A stretch of DNA of 63,020 nt, counting the filler. It is 5 parts of 5 records of this genome, joined end to end, with 100 filler letters (N's around TTAATTAATTAA, not from the genome) between each part and the next. Parts side by side here need not be neighbours in the genome. Positions count along the whole stretch, not along the records: positions 9,278 to 34,463 come from SRR20825019_2349; 4 more parts are not named here. One strand, written 5' to 3'. Below are positions 9,817-19,385 of the stretch, one piece after another. Numbering within the stretch: the stretch's first letter is position 1; every line of letters starts with the position of its first letter. The position numbers and the translations under genes were made by a program. Below the pieces are notes generated by a model that saw nothing but the letters and a program-made list of their open reading frames with translations, searched no databases and was not told where the DNA came from.

Positions 9817-10510
9817 AAATATCAATTAATAAAAAAATAATAGCGTAATGCATTATGCTAGCAAAAATTGCAGCTGCAATATCGTCAATCATTATTCCAA
9901 GTCCTCCTTTTATATTTTTATCTAAATAATTAATAGGCCATGGTTTTAATATGTCAAAAATTCTAAATAAGATTAGTGGTAATATAAATCTATCACATAA
10001 AAATATTATATTTTTATCAATTTTATCTGCAATTCCTGAAGAGCTAATAAAAAACCCAGAGAAAAATGTTAAAACTAAAGTTAATAACTGACCAACTACC
10101 TCATCTATTACAACCTCTTTAGGATCATTATTATTAATTATAGATGAATATTTTGAAGAATATATTACACCTAAAACAAACATAAAAAAAATAATAGTAA
10201 ATAAAGCTAATAATATAGTAAAAAGTTCACTCTCAACTAAAGTAAAATTTGAAAAAGTTATTAGAAATCTGTTACTAGCTAATATTTGAATTAAAAAATA
10301 CCATAATGGAAAACTCATTAATGATGCAATAGTTCCTGGTGCATATTTGATCTTTCCAAGAAAGAAATATGTTACATATAATTCAACTAATATATTACAT
10401 CTATATTTTTCTGAGTCTTTATGATGATTAATACCAGAATTTCTAGTTATATTTTTCTTAAATTTTTTATATTTAAAAATATTACTTAAATAAGATAAAA
10501 ATTTATTCAT
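9809..10510 (-). CDS. pgpA: Phosphatidylglycerophosphatase A
   Basis: APGTIAS, DPKEVVIDEVVGQ, FRIFDILKPWPI, GGLGIMIDD. Confidence 0.94.
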   Translation of the reverse strand: MNKFLSYLSNIFKYKKFKKNITRNSGINHHKDSEKYRCNILVELYVTYFFLGKIKYAPGTIASLMSFPLWYFLIQILASNRFLITFSNFTLVESELFTILLALFTIIFFMFVLGVIYSSKYSSIINNNDPKEVVIDEVVGQLLTLVLTFFSGFFISSSGIADKIDKNIIFLCDRFILPLILFRIFDILKPWPINYLDKNIKGGLGIMIDDIAAAIFASIMHYAIIFLLIDIYA

Positions 10511-10856
10511 GAATACCTAAAAATCCCTTGTATCAAAATAGTAAATTATTTATAGCATTATTAAAATTTAACGCACAAATATTTTTTTATTAAAGATTAA
10601 ATATGCTTAATTTTAAGAACATACTAAAAATATGCAAAAAAGATAGTTTTTAGAATATTTTACTAAATATTTTAAAAAGTTATTAATTAATAGTTATTAA
10701 AAAAATTACGTAGAGATAATTATTTTAGTCCAGTATTTTATATCTATATTTGAAATTATTTATAATTAAATTTCTGTAGTAAATTTCTAAAATATTTTTT
10801 TATAAATAATATGCCATATATAAATCAATTACTGTTTTATTGATATCTTAAAAAGA

Positions 10857-13352
10857 TTATTTATTAGCAGTTTTAGTTGGTATCTGATTTATATTCTTTT
10901 TTAAATTTTTCATTTTATCTTCTACCTTTTCTTTAAAGTTACTATTAATTAGATCATTACTTAATGGCTTATTATGAATCTTTTTAAAGCTTGATTGATA
11001 ATTGCCATATTTATTATCTGCACTGATTACTTCATTATTTTGTATATTATTTTTCATATCACTTATAATATCATTGCTTTTTATATTATATTTTTTATTT
11101 ATGTTATCCTTTAGAATTTCTTCACCTTCTTTATGATTTTTATCAAGATAGTTTAAAGCTTCTTCTTTATTATTAAAAGAATATTTTTCTTGTATTTTTT
11201 CTAAAATATTATCATTCCAATTTTGATCAATTGAATACTGGTTACTATTTATATGAGATAATTGTGACTGAATATTTTTCATATTTTGTAAAGTATGAGA
11301 TTCATCCTTAGCTACTTGCTCTTGCTCTCTCCAAGTTGAATTAATATTTTCAGAAATTGATGAAGAAACTCCTAAAGACTCTCTTGAATCAGTATTTTTA
11401 ATATAATTACGTACATTTTCTAGTGCCTTTTGATAAGATTCAGATTTATTTTGGTTAAAATCCATATTTTTAGAAGTTCCTAAAAATTTTAAATCTATAC
11501 CAGCTTTCATAGAAGATGAGTTATTTATCGAATAATTTTTGCCATTTTGTTGCACCTCTCTCATTGAATCAGAAATTGAACTATTTTCATTTTCACCTAC
11601 ATCTCTTGTTTCTAACCACCTTGTTGCATAATCCTTAATTTGACTTTCTTCTAAAGAAGCTAAATGCCCCTTTCTTTCATTTATAGATTTCAAAATTGAC
11701 TCTTGTTCTTGATATGAATTATTTAACGCAGTTGTTTCAACTAATGAACCCCTAAAATTAGTTGCTAAATTAGTCTGATTTTGATTTAAAAACTCTCCTC
11801 CTTCACTAGAATAAGATACCCTTAATGCACCAGTATTTATACTTCTTGACATATCAAGATTTGCTCCAACATTTTCTTGTGATAATTGTCTATTACCTAT
11901 AGAGACATTATCCATATTTATATTATTATCTACAATAGATGAAGCATTTTGTGAAGTTACTTGACCGAGAGATATATTATCCATCATTCCTTGAAATACT
12001 CTTGATGATTTAGAAATAAATGCCCATGATATTATAGGTATAGTTGAAGCAATTAATTGCATAATTGCATAACTATGAATTAAAATATCTGAATAATGAC
12101 CTTGAGTTAGTTTATTTATTCCTTCATCATATCCAAGCGATGATGTTTTTGCACCTATTATCATTAATCCAATACTATTAATTATTGAAAAAAATATTGG
12201 CCATGTATTTACCCAAATTATAGATTTAAGCCATATTTTAACTATTTCAACTCCACCTTGCAAAAAAGACATAGGAAAAACTACGAATATGCTACTTACT
12301 ATTATTAGGAATATCATTGTTTGAAGTAAAGGAATGAATTCTTCAGATATTTCACCTATAATTAGCCATCCTATAGATTGCTGATATAAACTTTTAGTTG
12401 CATTTATTGATAAAATTTCTGGCCATAATCTTTTATGCCCGGAAGACTCTCTAAAATCATCTAATGATTCTCTGTATGTATTTAACATAATAGATTGTTT
12501 AACCCAATTATGAATATCTAATGACTTTATACTTAAAGCTTTTAATGCATCATTACCTGTTTCTAAATATTTTCTAACTATGTCATTTTTATAATTTTTT
12601 TCATTATTCTTACTATATCCTCCAATATTTAAAATATTTGGCATTTTTGATTCTTTATCTATTTTTTCTAAAATTATTTCTGTAGCCTTTAAACAGCTAT
12701 AAAATTTAACATCCCCGGAGTAATCCTTGTAATATAGCCCAAAATGCTTAGCTATATTTGTTTTCATAAATTCATAAATATTCTTGCTATTTTCTGCATC
12801 AATTCGTTTACCTAGTAAATTACCCATAATCCAAGGCCTTATAAAACATTGTTTTGTATATTCTTTAGCATTAGCAAGAAGTACTGTATCTTGTATCTTT
12901 AAATCTTTTAACTTATAAATAAGTTTAGCTCCATACATAATACCCGATGAAGAGCTTTTAGTGTTTTCAGCTACATTCATATTACTTTCTATTTCTTCAG
13001 ATAAATATCTACTAATTTTTGATGGGATAGAAGAAAAAATTGCAATACCAGAAGGAATATTAGATACTGAATATTGATTCTTATTTGCAACATCTATAAT
13101 TAATATATCTGATTTTGGAGTAAATAAAAAAGTAAAACATAAAAACATAGGAAAAAACCACTCCCTACCAAATATTCCAATATTTGTATGAAATATTGCT
13201 CTTGTAGCTGCCCAAATACCTCCAATAGACATAGATAATTTACCAAGAGAAGTGAAATATTCACTATCACTATTAAATAGTCTTGCAATCCCATTAAAAA
13301 CATCAGCAACAATCTGCCCCTGACCTCCATAAATATAAATGATATTATCCAT
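10857..13352 (-). CDS. traG: F-type conjugative mating-pair stabilisation protein TraG
   Basis: N-terminal IYIYGG...VFNGIA, multiple TM segments, W..TWPIFFSIIN, long polar C-terminus; follows traH. Confidence 0.88.
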   Translation of the reverse strand: MDNIIYIYGGQGQIVADVFNGIARLFNSDSEYFTSLGKLSMSIGGIWAATRAIFHTNIGIFGREWFFPMFLCFTFLFTPKSDILIIDVANKNQYSVSNIPSGIAIFSSIPSKISRYLSEEIESNMNVAENTKSSSSGIMYGAKLIYKLKDLKIQDTVLLANAKEYTKQCFIRPWIMGNLLGKRIDAENSKNIYEFMKTNIAKHFGLYYKDYSGDVKFYSCLKATEIILEKIDKESKMPNILNIGGYSKNNEKNYKNDIVRKYLETGNDALKALSIKSLDIHNWVKQSIMLNTYRESLDDFRESSGHKRLWPEILSINATKSLYQQSIGWLIIGEISEEFIPLLQTMIFLIIVSSIFVVFPMSFLQGGVEIVKIWLKSIIWVNTWPIFFSIINSIGLMIIGAKTSSLGYDEGINKLTQGHYSDILIHSYAIMQLIASTIPIISWAFISKSSRVFQGMMDNISLGQVTSQNASSIVDNNINMDNVSIGNRQLSQENVGANLDMSRSINTGALRVSYSSEGGEFLNQNQTNLATNFRGSLVETTALNNSYQEQESILKSINERKGHLASLEESQIKDYATRWLETRDVGENENSSISDSMREVQQNGKNYSINNSSSMKAGIDLKFLGTSKNMDFNQNKSESYQKALENVRNYIKNTDSRESLGVSSSISENINSTWREQEQVAKDESHTLQNMKNIQSQLSHINSNQYSIDQNWNDNILEKIQEKYSFNNKEEALNYLDKNHKEGEEILKDNINKKYNIKSNDIISDMKNNIQNNEVISADNKYGNYQSSFKKIHNKPLSNDLINSNFKEKVEDKMKNLKKNINQIPTKTANK

Positions 13353-13359
13353 AATAAAT

Positions 13360-14691
13360 CTATCTAATTTTTGCCAAAAAATGCCTTTCTATATGAATAG
13401 CTTTTTTTTCAATTTTATATGCTTTATCCATAAGGTTAATATGCTTTTTTCTCACTATATCTTGAAGCTTTGTTAAACTATCCAAAAATTTTACTATTTG
13501 AATTCCTGATATTTGCTTACCCTCAATACTATTTAATATCATTTTAATCTCTCTTATAACATTATCAAGATAATGTAGCATTAAATATCCAGCAGTTAAC
13601 TCAGAGGATTTATCTATAATGCTCGTACCTGTTACTACTTCAAGAGATAAGTAATTATATACCGGAAAAGCTTCACCAAGAGAACTTAAAAACTCTATCT
13701 CCTCTTTGCTAAAATCAGTATTTTTCATCATTTTTGATTGTAATGATTTTAATTTCTTATTAACTTTTCCTTCATAACTATCTTGATAAGCTATATTTAC
13801 TTGATTATTTTTTTCAATAATTAAGCATTTACTATAAGAATCCTTACACATATACATTGATGCTTCTCCTCCCTTTAGGTGGGAATTATAAGTAGTCTCA
13901 TCAAGTACTAAAGACTCATAAAATCTATTCATACCATACTCATCTACTATAATTGTTCCAGTGATAGACATAGTATCCTCTAATATTTCTTTAGGAATAC
14001 CTGCTTTTTTAGCTGCAACTATAAACAAGTTATATCCAACAGTAAGAAGTTCTTCATTGCTATTCTTTTGAACTTTTTGAGCCTCATTTTTAGATTTCTC
14101 AAAATCTTGGCAAGCTTGTCTTGATTTAAAATAATCTAGGCCAGAATTTTGTAAATTATCTTTACAAACTTCTTCATATAATCTTGTATTTTGAGGTAAT
14201 GCAGTAGTAAATGCTGACTGAACTAATCTACAATCTTCCACTGCAAATTGATTTAACTCCATTGATAAATTTCTTAAATTACTTAACAAAGACTCCATTT
14301 GCGGTGCAAATGTTTTTAATGCTAACTGAAATGCATAGCTAGCTGCTTGAGATCCCAAATTCTGCATTAAATTAACCAGTTCTTTGCTAGACACTAGTGA
14401 AAAGCTTCCAAGATACATATCAATACCAGAACATCCCATGCGAAGTGCTGGAGGAGTTATGCTAAAAGGTTTAAAAGTTGATGGTTTAGTTCTTAAACTA
14501 AACCCTCCAAGAGTATAATAGTCAGCAGCTTGATCATGAAATGATTTTGGTTTTGTATAATTAATATCAAGCTTACTAAAAACATCATCTATCCTCCAAG
14601 CACTTGCATTATTAATAGTAAAATTAGCAAAGATTATATAAATTATTGTTTGATTAATTAGTAATTTAATCATTAATAATACCCTTATCAT
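13360..14691 (-). CDS. traH: F-type pilus assembly protein TraH
   Basis: PP.L.MGCSGIDMYLGSFS, YAFQLALKT..PQ. Confidence 0.93.
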   Translation of the reverse strand: MIRVLLMIKLLINQTIIYIIFANFTINNASAWRIDDVFSKLDINYTKPKSFHDQAADYYTLGGFSLRTKPSTFKPFSITPPALRMGCSGIDMYLGSFSLVSSKELVNLMQNLGSQAASYAFQLALKTFAPQMESLLSNLRNLSMELNQFAVEDCRLVQSAFTTALPQNTRLYEEVCKDNLQNSGLDYFKSRQACQDFEKSKNEAQKVQKNSNEELLTVGYNLFIVAAKKAGIPKEILEDTMSITGTIIVDEYGMNRFYESLVLDETTYNSHLKGGEASMYMCKDSYSKCLIIEKNNQVNIAYQDSYEGKVNKKLKSLQSKMMKNTDFSKEEIEFLSSLGEAFPVYNYLSLEVVTGTSIIDKSSELTAGYLMLHYLDNVIREIKMILNSIEGKQISGIQIVKFLDSLTKLQDIVRKKHINLMDKAYKIEKKAIHIERHFLAKIR

Positions 14692-15472
14692 AATTATAAA
14701 TATTTATAATATTACTCATAATTTTTGATATATCTGAAATACCTATTGTTATAGGATAAATTTTTATTCCATCCTTATGAAGTAAAAATAATGCTGGCGA
14801 TATAAGTTTTGGATTTATTTTTCTAATAATATTATTTTCTTTTTTAGCTATAAAATTTCCGTATTTATATGAATTATCTGATATCACTAAAATCTTAAAA
14901 GAAGTTATTTCAAATAATTCATTAATAATTTCTAAAAAACTGCTTGAGAACAAACATCCTTTTTTTACATATAATACTAGCCCCCAATTTTTAGATATTT
15001 CTTTAAGTAATTCTATATCATTTTTTTCTTTTTCAGTTCTTAAAATTTTTCTATGTAATATATTAGGATTATCTATTTCATTATTGTTTTTCATACTGAG
15101 CATACTTGCCATTAACCAAATTTTTGAAACTTCACTTGATCTTTTAAAAATCTTTCTTTGAATAGATTGAGCTAAATTTGCATTTTCAATTGTTGGTTTA
15201 TCTAATAATAACTCTAAAGCATTTTCAAAATCTTTTTTAAGTTGTAAATTTCGTGATTTAGCTTCTTTTGATTCTAGCTCTAGTTTATCTCTTTGATTAG
15301 ACTCAGTTTTTCTAACAGTTTTATGATCATAATTTTTATTATCCATTTCATACCATATAAATCCTTTAGGTTTCATGTTTAAGTAATCTGCTTTTATACT
15401 AGTTGCTATAGTTAAAAATAATATAATTTTAAAATCTATTATCTTTATCTTTATTTTTTTCTTATTTAGCAT
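14666..15472 (-). CDS. traF: F-type pilus assembly protein TraF (thioredoxin-like fold)
   Basis: Signal peptide, GFIWY, PT.ENA, GLVLY...C..S, PALFL; position between traN and traH; start probably at 15472. Confidence 0.82.
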   Translation of the reverse strand: MLNKKKIKIKIIDFKIILFLTIATSIKADYLNMKPKGFIWYEMDNKNYDHKTVRKTESNQRDKLELESKEAKSRNLQLKKDFENALELLLDKPTIENANLAQSIQRKIFKRSSEVSKIWLMASMLSMKNNNEIDNPNILHRKILRTEKEKNDIELLKEISKNWGLVLYVKKGCLFSSSFLEIINELFEITSFKILVISDNSYKYGNFIAKKENNIIRKINPKLISPALFLLHKDGIKIYPITIGISDISKIMSNIINIYNYDKGIIND

Positions 15473-17288
15473 CTTTTTGAATTTTAGGTATTTGACCATT
15501 AAATATTTTAGGAAATGGTTTTTTTGCATTAGATGAGGTATTTTTATATATTTCTCCATAAATTTCAGAAAAATCTATTTTATCTAGTTTTATTCTTCCA
15601 ACTTCTTCAATTGATAAGCCTCTACAATTTGGACTGCTTGCACTACCAAAACTCATACCAATCTGCCTTCTACCATGTTCATGAAATAATCTCGATAATT
15701 TAGATGAAAAGCAACAATAGCTTTCAAGCTCTCTTACACAAACTCCAAGTACCCTATTTGCGCAATATGTTCCTACATAATGACATAGATTTTTATCTCT
15801 TTTTTGAGCTAGAATTTTCTCATCACTACTACATTTATGAAGTCCAATAAAGCTACCCCAACCTTTGAATGAAATACAGCAATTGCAAAAATCTAATATA
15901 TGATTACTGCATTTATGTATTTCACCTTTAAATATACTAACGCTACCATTAGATTTGAATTCTTGCTTCATCTCACTAATTGCAGCAAGTTTTGAAACAG
16001 AAGAATAAATATCAGTATTTTTCTTAATTAAGGGCTCATAGCAATTACCTTCAATACAATATATATCACTATGACCCATATCATATTTATTCTTTTCTTT
16101 TACCACCTTACAATTATAAGTTCTCTCCCATTTTAAACATGGATTTTCTCCTTGGATACACTTGCTAGATACGAATTCACAATCATCATTCTTTAAATGG
16201 CTACATCCAGAGGAAGGTTCAAAGATACAACTATAATTTATTTTCTCATGCCAGCATGGCCTTTCTATTTTTATTTCATCATATTGCCTATAACCATTTT
16301 CTATACATGTGCGGTTTATTTCTTGGCAATTACTATTTTCTAATAATTTTTCATCATTACTATTTATAGTCTCTTTATATTCTTTACTTATAAAATCTTG
16401 ATCATATGTGTCGTGATTATATTTTATTAATAATACATGACTTGGTATAGTTCCATTAATTAAAACATTATTTTTATTTTTTACAATCTCAACAACGTTG
16501 TAATCTTTTACTCTACTAAATAAAATATTATGCTTTTTATTGTTAAGCACATCAATATTTGAAAAAAATTTATCAATATTTTTGTTTATTACTTTCAAAT
16601 TAGCTTCATATAGTGGCTTTCCAAGGAAAATATATGAAATAAAGCTTGTGTTTACAGAATCGGGAATATAAGTATGGATATTTGTTGTTTTAAATTTACG
16701 CTTCTTGAGCTCTAATATTAATTTACGCTCTATTTCTATATTTATTTCAGAACCTTCTATGCATTTCTTTATATTACCTTCAGTTTCATAAAATGATGTA
16801 ACTTCTGCTTTATTATCTATTACCTTTAACGCATCTGTTTCTATTTTATTAGAATCTTTTAGTAATTTATTATCATTATTTATCTGATATTCCTGATATG
16901 CCTCATCTTTTCTTTGATTACTTAGATTAAGAAAATCTTCTTTTGTTAAACCTTTACTTAAAATACTATCTTTTTTACTAATTTCTTTTGACTTAAACTG
17001 CATTTTATCAAGCATATGTTTTGTATAAGTTTTTCTTTGGTTTCTTTCTTCATCTATTGATAATGATTTATAATCTTTAATGGACATATCTTCAATTGAA
17101 GTATCATTTAAATCTTTTAAATATCTTATATCTCCATCTTTAATAATATCTTTAAACTGAGCATCTCTAGGATTTGATAATTTCACTCCATTTTTTGAAA
17201 ATTCTTTACCTAGGTTATAACTATCTGAATTATTATATGCAAAACTCGGAAAAATTTTTAAAACAAATATGATTAGTAATAATTTCAT
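15462..17288 (-). CDS. traN: F-type mating-pair stabilisation adhesin TraN
   Basis: Cys-rich C-terminus: IFKG...KC, NCC, CHYVGTYC, YCCFSSKLSR...GRRQ, CRGLS, IDFSE. Confidence 0.94.
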   Translation of the reverse strand: MKLLLIIFVLKIFPSFAYNNSDSYNLGKEFSKNGVKLSNPRDAQFKDIIKDGDIRYLKDLNDTSIEDMSIKDYKSLSIDEERNQRKTYTKHMLDKMQFKSKEISKKDSILSKGLTKEDFLNLSNQRKDEAYQEYQINNDNKLLKDSNKIETDALKVIDNKAEVTSFYETEGNIKKCIEGSEINIEIERKLILELKKRKFKTTNIHTYIPDSVNTSFISYIFLGKPLYEANLKVINKNIDKFFSNIDVLNNKKHNILFSRVKDYNVVEIVKNKNNVLINGTIPSHVLLIKYNHDTYDQDFISKEYKETINSNDEKLLENSNCQEINRTCIENGYRQYDEIKIERPCWHEKINYSCIFEPSSGCSHLKNDDCEFVSSKCIQGENPCLKWERTYNCKVVKEKNKYDMGHSDIYCIEGNCYEPLIKKNTDIYSSVSKLAAISEMKQEFKSNGSVSIFKGEIHKCSNHILDFCNCCISFKGWGSFIGLHKCSSDEKILAQKRDKNLCHYVGTYCANRVLGVCVRELESYCCFSSKLSRLFHEHGRRQIGMSFGSASSPNCRGLSIEEVGRIKLDKIDFSEIYGEIYKNTSSNAKKPFPKIFNGQIPKIQKDAK

Positions 17289-17719
17289 TTCGGCCCTTTG
17301 CTTTGAAATATTTTAAAAGCCTCAACTAAAGATATATTCCCTTTTATCTTATATATATAATTATTTTTAATCATTATTATTACAGGAACTTCTTTTATTC
17401 CATATTTCTCAAACAAAATTGGGTTTATATCATAACTAATTTTTAACCTCTCTGAATATTTCTTAGTTTCTATAAAGGAGTTATTATATAGTCCTTTCAT
17501 TACCAATTTTGCCCCATATTTTAGTGATTCTTTATAATAATTTTTAAGATTGTTATCTCCTATAGAATAAGATATAAAGATGTAGCATATTTTCTTATCA
17601 TTATATGAATTAACCTTGTTTATTTTAGAACTAAAAACAAATATAAGTATAATTACATTAACAAAAACATTATAAATAACTACTTTAGCTCTACTAATTA
17701 TTACATTTAGATAAGACAT
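17285..17719 (-). CDS. trbC: F-type pilus assembly protein TrbC
   Basis: FISYSI...L, LVMKGL, INPILFEKYGIKEVP, GNISL..A. Confidence 0.88.
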   Translation of the reverse strand: MSYLNVIISRAKVVIYNVFVNVIILIFVFSSKINKVNSYNDKKICYIFISYSIGDNNLKNYYKESLKYGAKLVMKGLYNNSFIETKKYSERLKISYDINPILFEKYGIKEVPVIIMIKNNYIYKIKGNISLVEAFKIFQSKGPK

Positions 17720-17765
17720 TTATATTTGTATATATAACTAATTTATAATTTTTATAACAAATTAC

Positions 17766-17794
17766 TTGCGTATTTACAAATTAATTATTATAAA
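17766..17794 (+). promoter_or_regulatory. Putative sigma70 promoter for the traL operon
   Basis: TTGCGT-17 nt-TATAAA, 27 nt upstream of the traL ATG, in the 102-nt divergent gap. Confidence 0.45.
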
Positions 17795-17821
17795 TTCATT
17801 AAATAAATTACAAATAACAAT

Positions 17822-18124
17822 ATGAATGAAAAACAGAAGCTGTTTTGGGCTATGTCTATGCCTTTAAAATGGTTAGGTTTAACAATAGATGAATGGTTTA
17901 TTATATTTTCTGGATTTATACCTGGTATAGTTTTGATTAACTCATCAAAAGTAAAATACGGAATTATATCAATAACAATATCAACTATTTTATGCATTAG
18001 TTTTAAAAAATACAAAAACTTATCTAATTACTTCCTTTTTAAAAGCTGGCTTTTATCTAAAGGATTAATCCCACCTCCCTCTAAAAATTATCCAAATATG
18101 TTACATAAAATGGTAGGGAAATAA
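17822..18124 (+). CDS. traL: T4SS protein TraL (VirB3-like)
   Basis: P.KWLGLTIDEW, two TM helices, ~100 aa, first gene before traE. Confidence 0.85.
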   Translation: MNEKQKLFWAMSMPLKWLGLTIDEWFIIFSGFIPGIVLINSSKVKYGIISITISTILCISFKKYKNLSNYFLFKSWLLSKGLIPPPSKNYPNMLHKMVGK

Positions 18125-18126
18125 TA

Positions 18127-18681
18127 ATGAATTTTATTTTTAGGCAGGACTCATTAATAAGTATAGCTAAATATAATCAAAGACTAGTTATAATTTGTTT
18201 ATTCTTAAGCTTCTCACTTTTAATTTTATGTGTTAAAACTCTAACAAAAAATGAAAAATGGATTTTAGTTCCTTCATCTCATATTGATAAAAGAATAGAG
18301 ATTTATTCAAAAGGATATTCTGAATCTTACTTAAAAGAATGGGCATCATATGTTATGCACACATTAATGACTACTTCTCATGATACTATAAATAGACAGA
18401 TAGAAGAAATTAAGAATATATCTAGCAGTAGTCACGCACTTGATAATTACTTTATTAAACTAAAAAATTTTATACAAGGATCTAATATCCAATCTGTTTA
18501 TTTTCCAAAAAAAATAACTGTTTACAGTGATAATGTATTAGTTGAAGGATTATTCAGGTACTGGATGGGATCCTCTGATAAAAATATTTCTCAAGAAAAA
18601 TCATATAGACTTTATTTCAAAAGAAGTATTAATGATTTACTCTTACTTATTAAAATAGAAGAGGATTTAAATAATGCCTAA
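18127..18681 (+). CDS. traE: T4SS protein TraE
   Basis: N-terminal TM, ILVP, YS.SYL.EWA, SVYFPK; position after traL. Confidence 0.85.
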   Translation: MNFIFRQDSLISIAKYNQRLVIICLFLSFSLLILCVKTLTKNEKWILVPSSHIDKRIEIYSKGYSESYLKEWASYVMHTLMTTSHDTINRQIEEIKNISSSSHALDNYFIKLKNFIQGSNIQSVYFPKKITVYSDNVLVEGLFRYWMGSSDKNISQEKSYRLYFKRSINDLLLLIKIEEDLNNA

Positions 18682-19048
18682 ATTTAAGTGCCAAATAGTT
18701 ATATCTCTATTTATATTCATTCTTTTAAACAATATGAAATATATAACTTCTTATGATAAATTGCTAAAAATACAAATTTCAGAATTAGCACCAACTCGCA
18801 TTATATTTGATGCACAAAAAATTGTTGATGTTTTTTACTATCCAGAAAACGCAGCCAAAGTTATTCTCCATAGAACTGGTGCTGTTTTTGTAATTCCTAA
18901 TAAATCTAATTCACATATTTATCTAACTTTAATTAATGAGTCTGGCCATGCACAAGATTTAAGGCTTAAATTCTCTTACATGCAGCCAGAACCAATTACA
19001 CTTAAATTAGATAATAATTCATTTTCAACAAGCAAAGGTAAATTATGA
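18674..19048 (+). CDS. traK: Short TraK-like protein (N-terminal domain only)
   Basis: IS...PTRIIF....I.DV, G.VFV.P, L.L..ESG...DL.L; position after traE. Confidence 0.7.
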   Translation: MPKFKCQIVISLFIFILLNNMKYITSYDKLLKIQISELAPTRIIFDAQKIVDVFYYPENAAKVILHRTGAVFVIPNKSNSHIYLTLINESGHAQDLRLKFSYMQPEPITLKLDNNSFSTSKGKL

Positions 19049-19383
19049 AATATAAATTAAATAAAATTTTAATATCTATTTGTAGAGTTATTATAAAAAT
19101 AAAAGGCAAAATATCCTTAACAAATATTACAGCTACTTTATTTATAATGAACTGCCTGATAGGAATTGAAAATATATTTGCCATAAGTTTAGAAAGTCAG
19201 CTAGATACTATCAATCATCTGACAACAGGTAAAATAAAAATGTATGGCGTAAGCGGTGCTACTATTGCTGGTGGAATCTGGTCCCTTGTTAGAGGTAACA
19301 TCAAGCTTACTGGTGTTATTGTACTGATTGGAATAGTACTTGGATTTTATCTTGATTGGATCCAAGGGGGCATGAAAATTTAA
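19045..19383 (+). CDS. Candidate F-type propilin (TraA/VirB2-like)
   Basis: Basic/hydrophobic leader of about 46 aa ending ...NIFA, then about 66 aa with two Gly-rich hydrophobic helices split by RGNIK. Confidence 0.55.
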   Translation: MKYKLNKILISICRVIIKIKGKISLTNITATLFIMNCLIGIENIFAISLESQLDTINHLTTGKIKMYGVSGATIAGGIWSLVRGNIKLTGVIVLIGIVLGFYLDWIQGGMKI

Positions 19384-19385
19384 TA

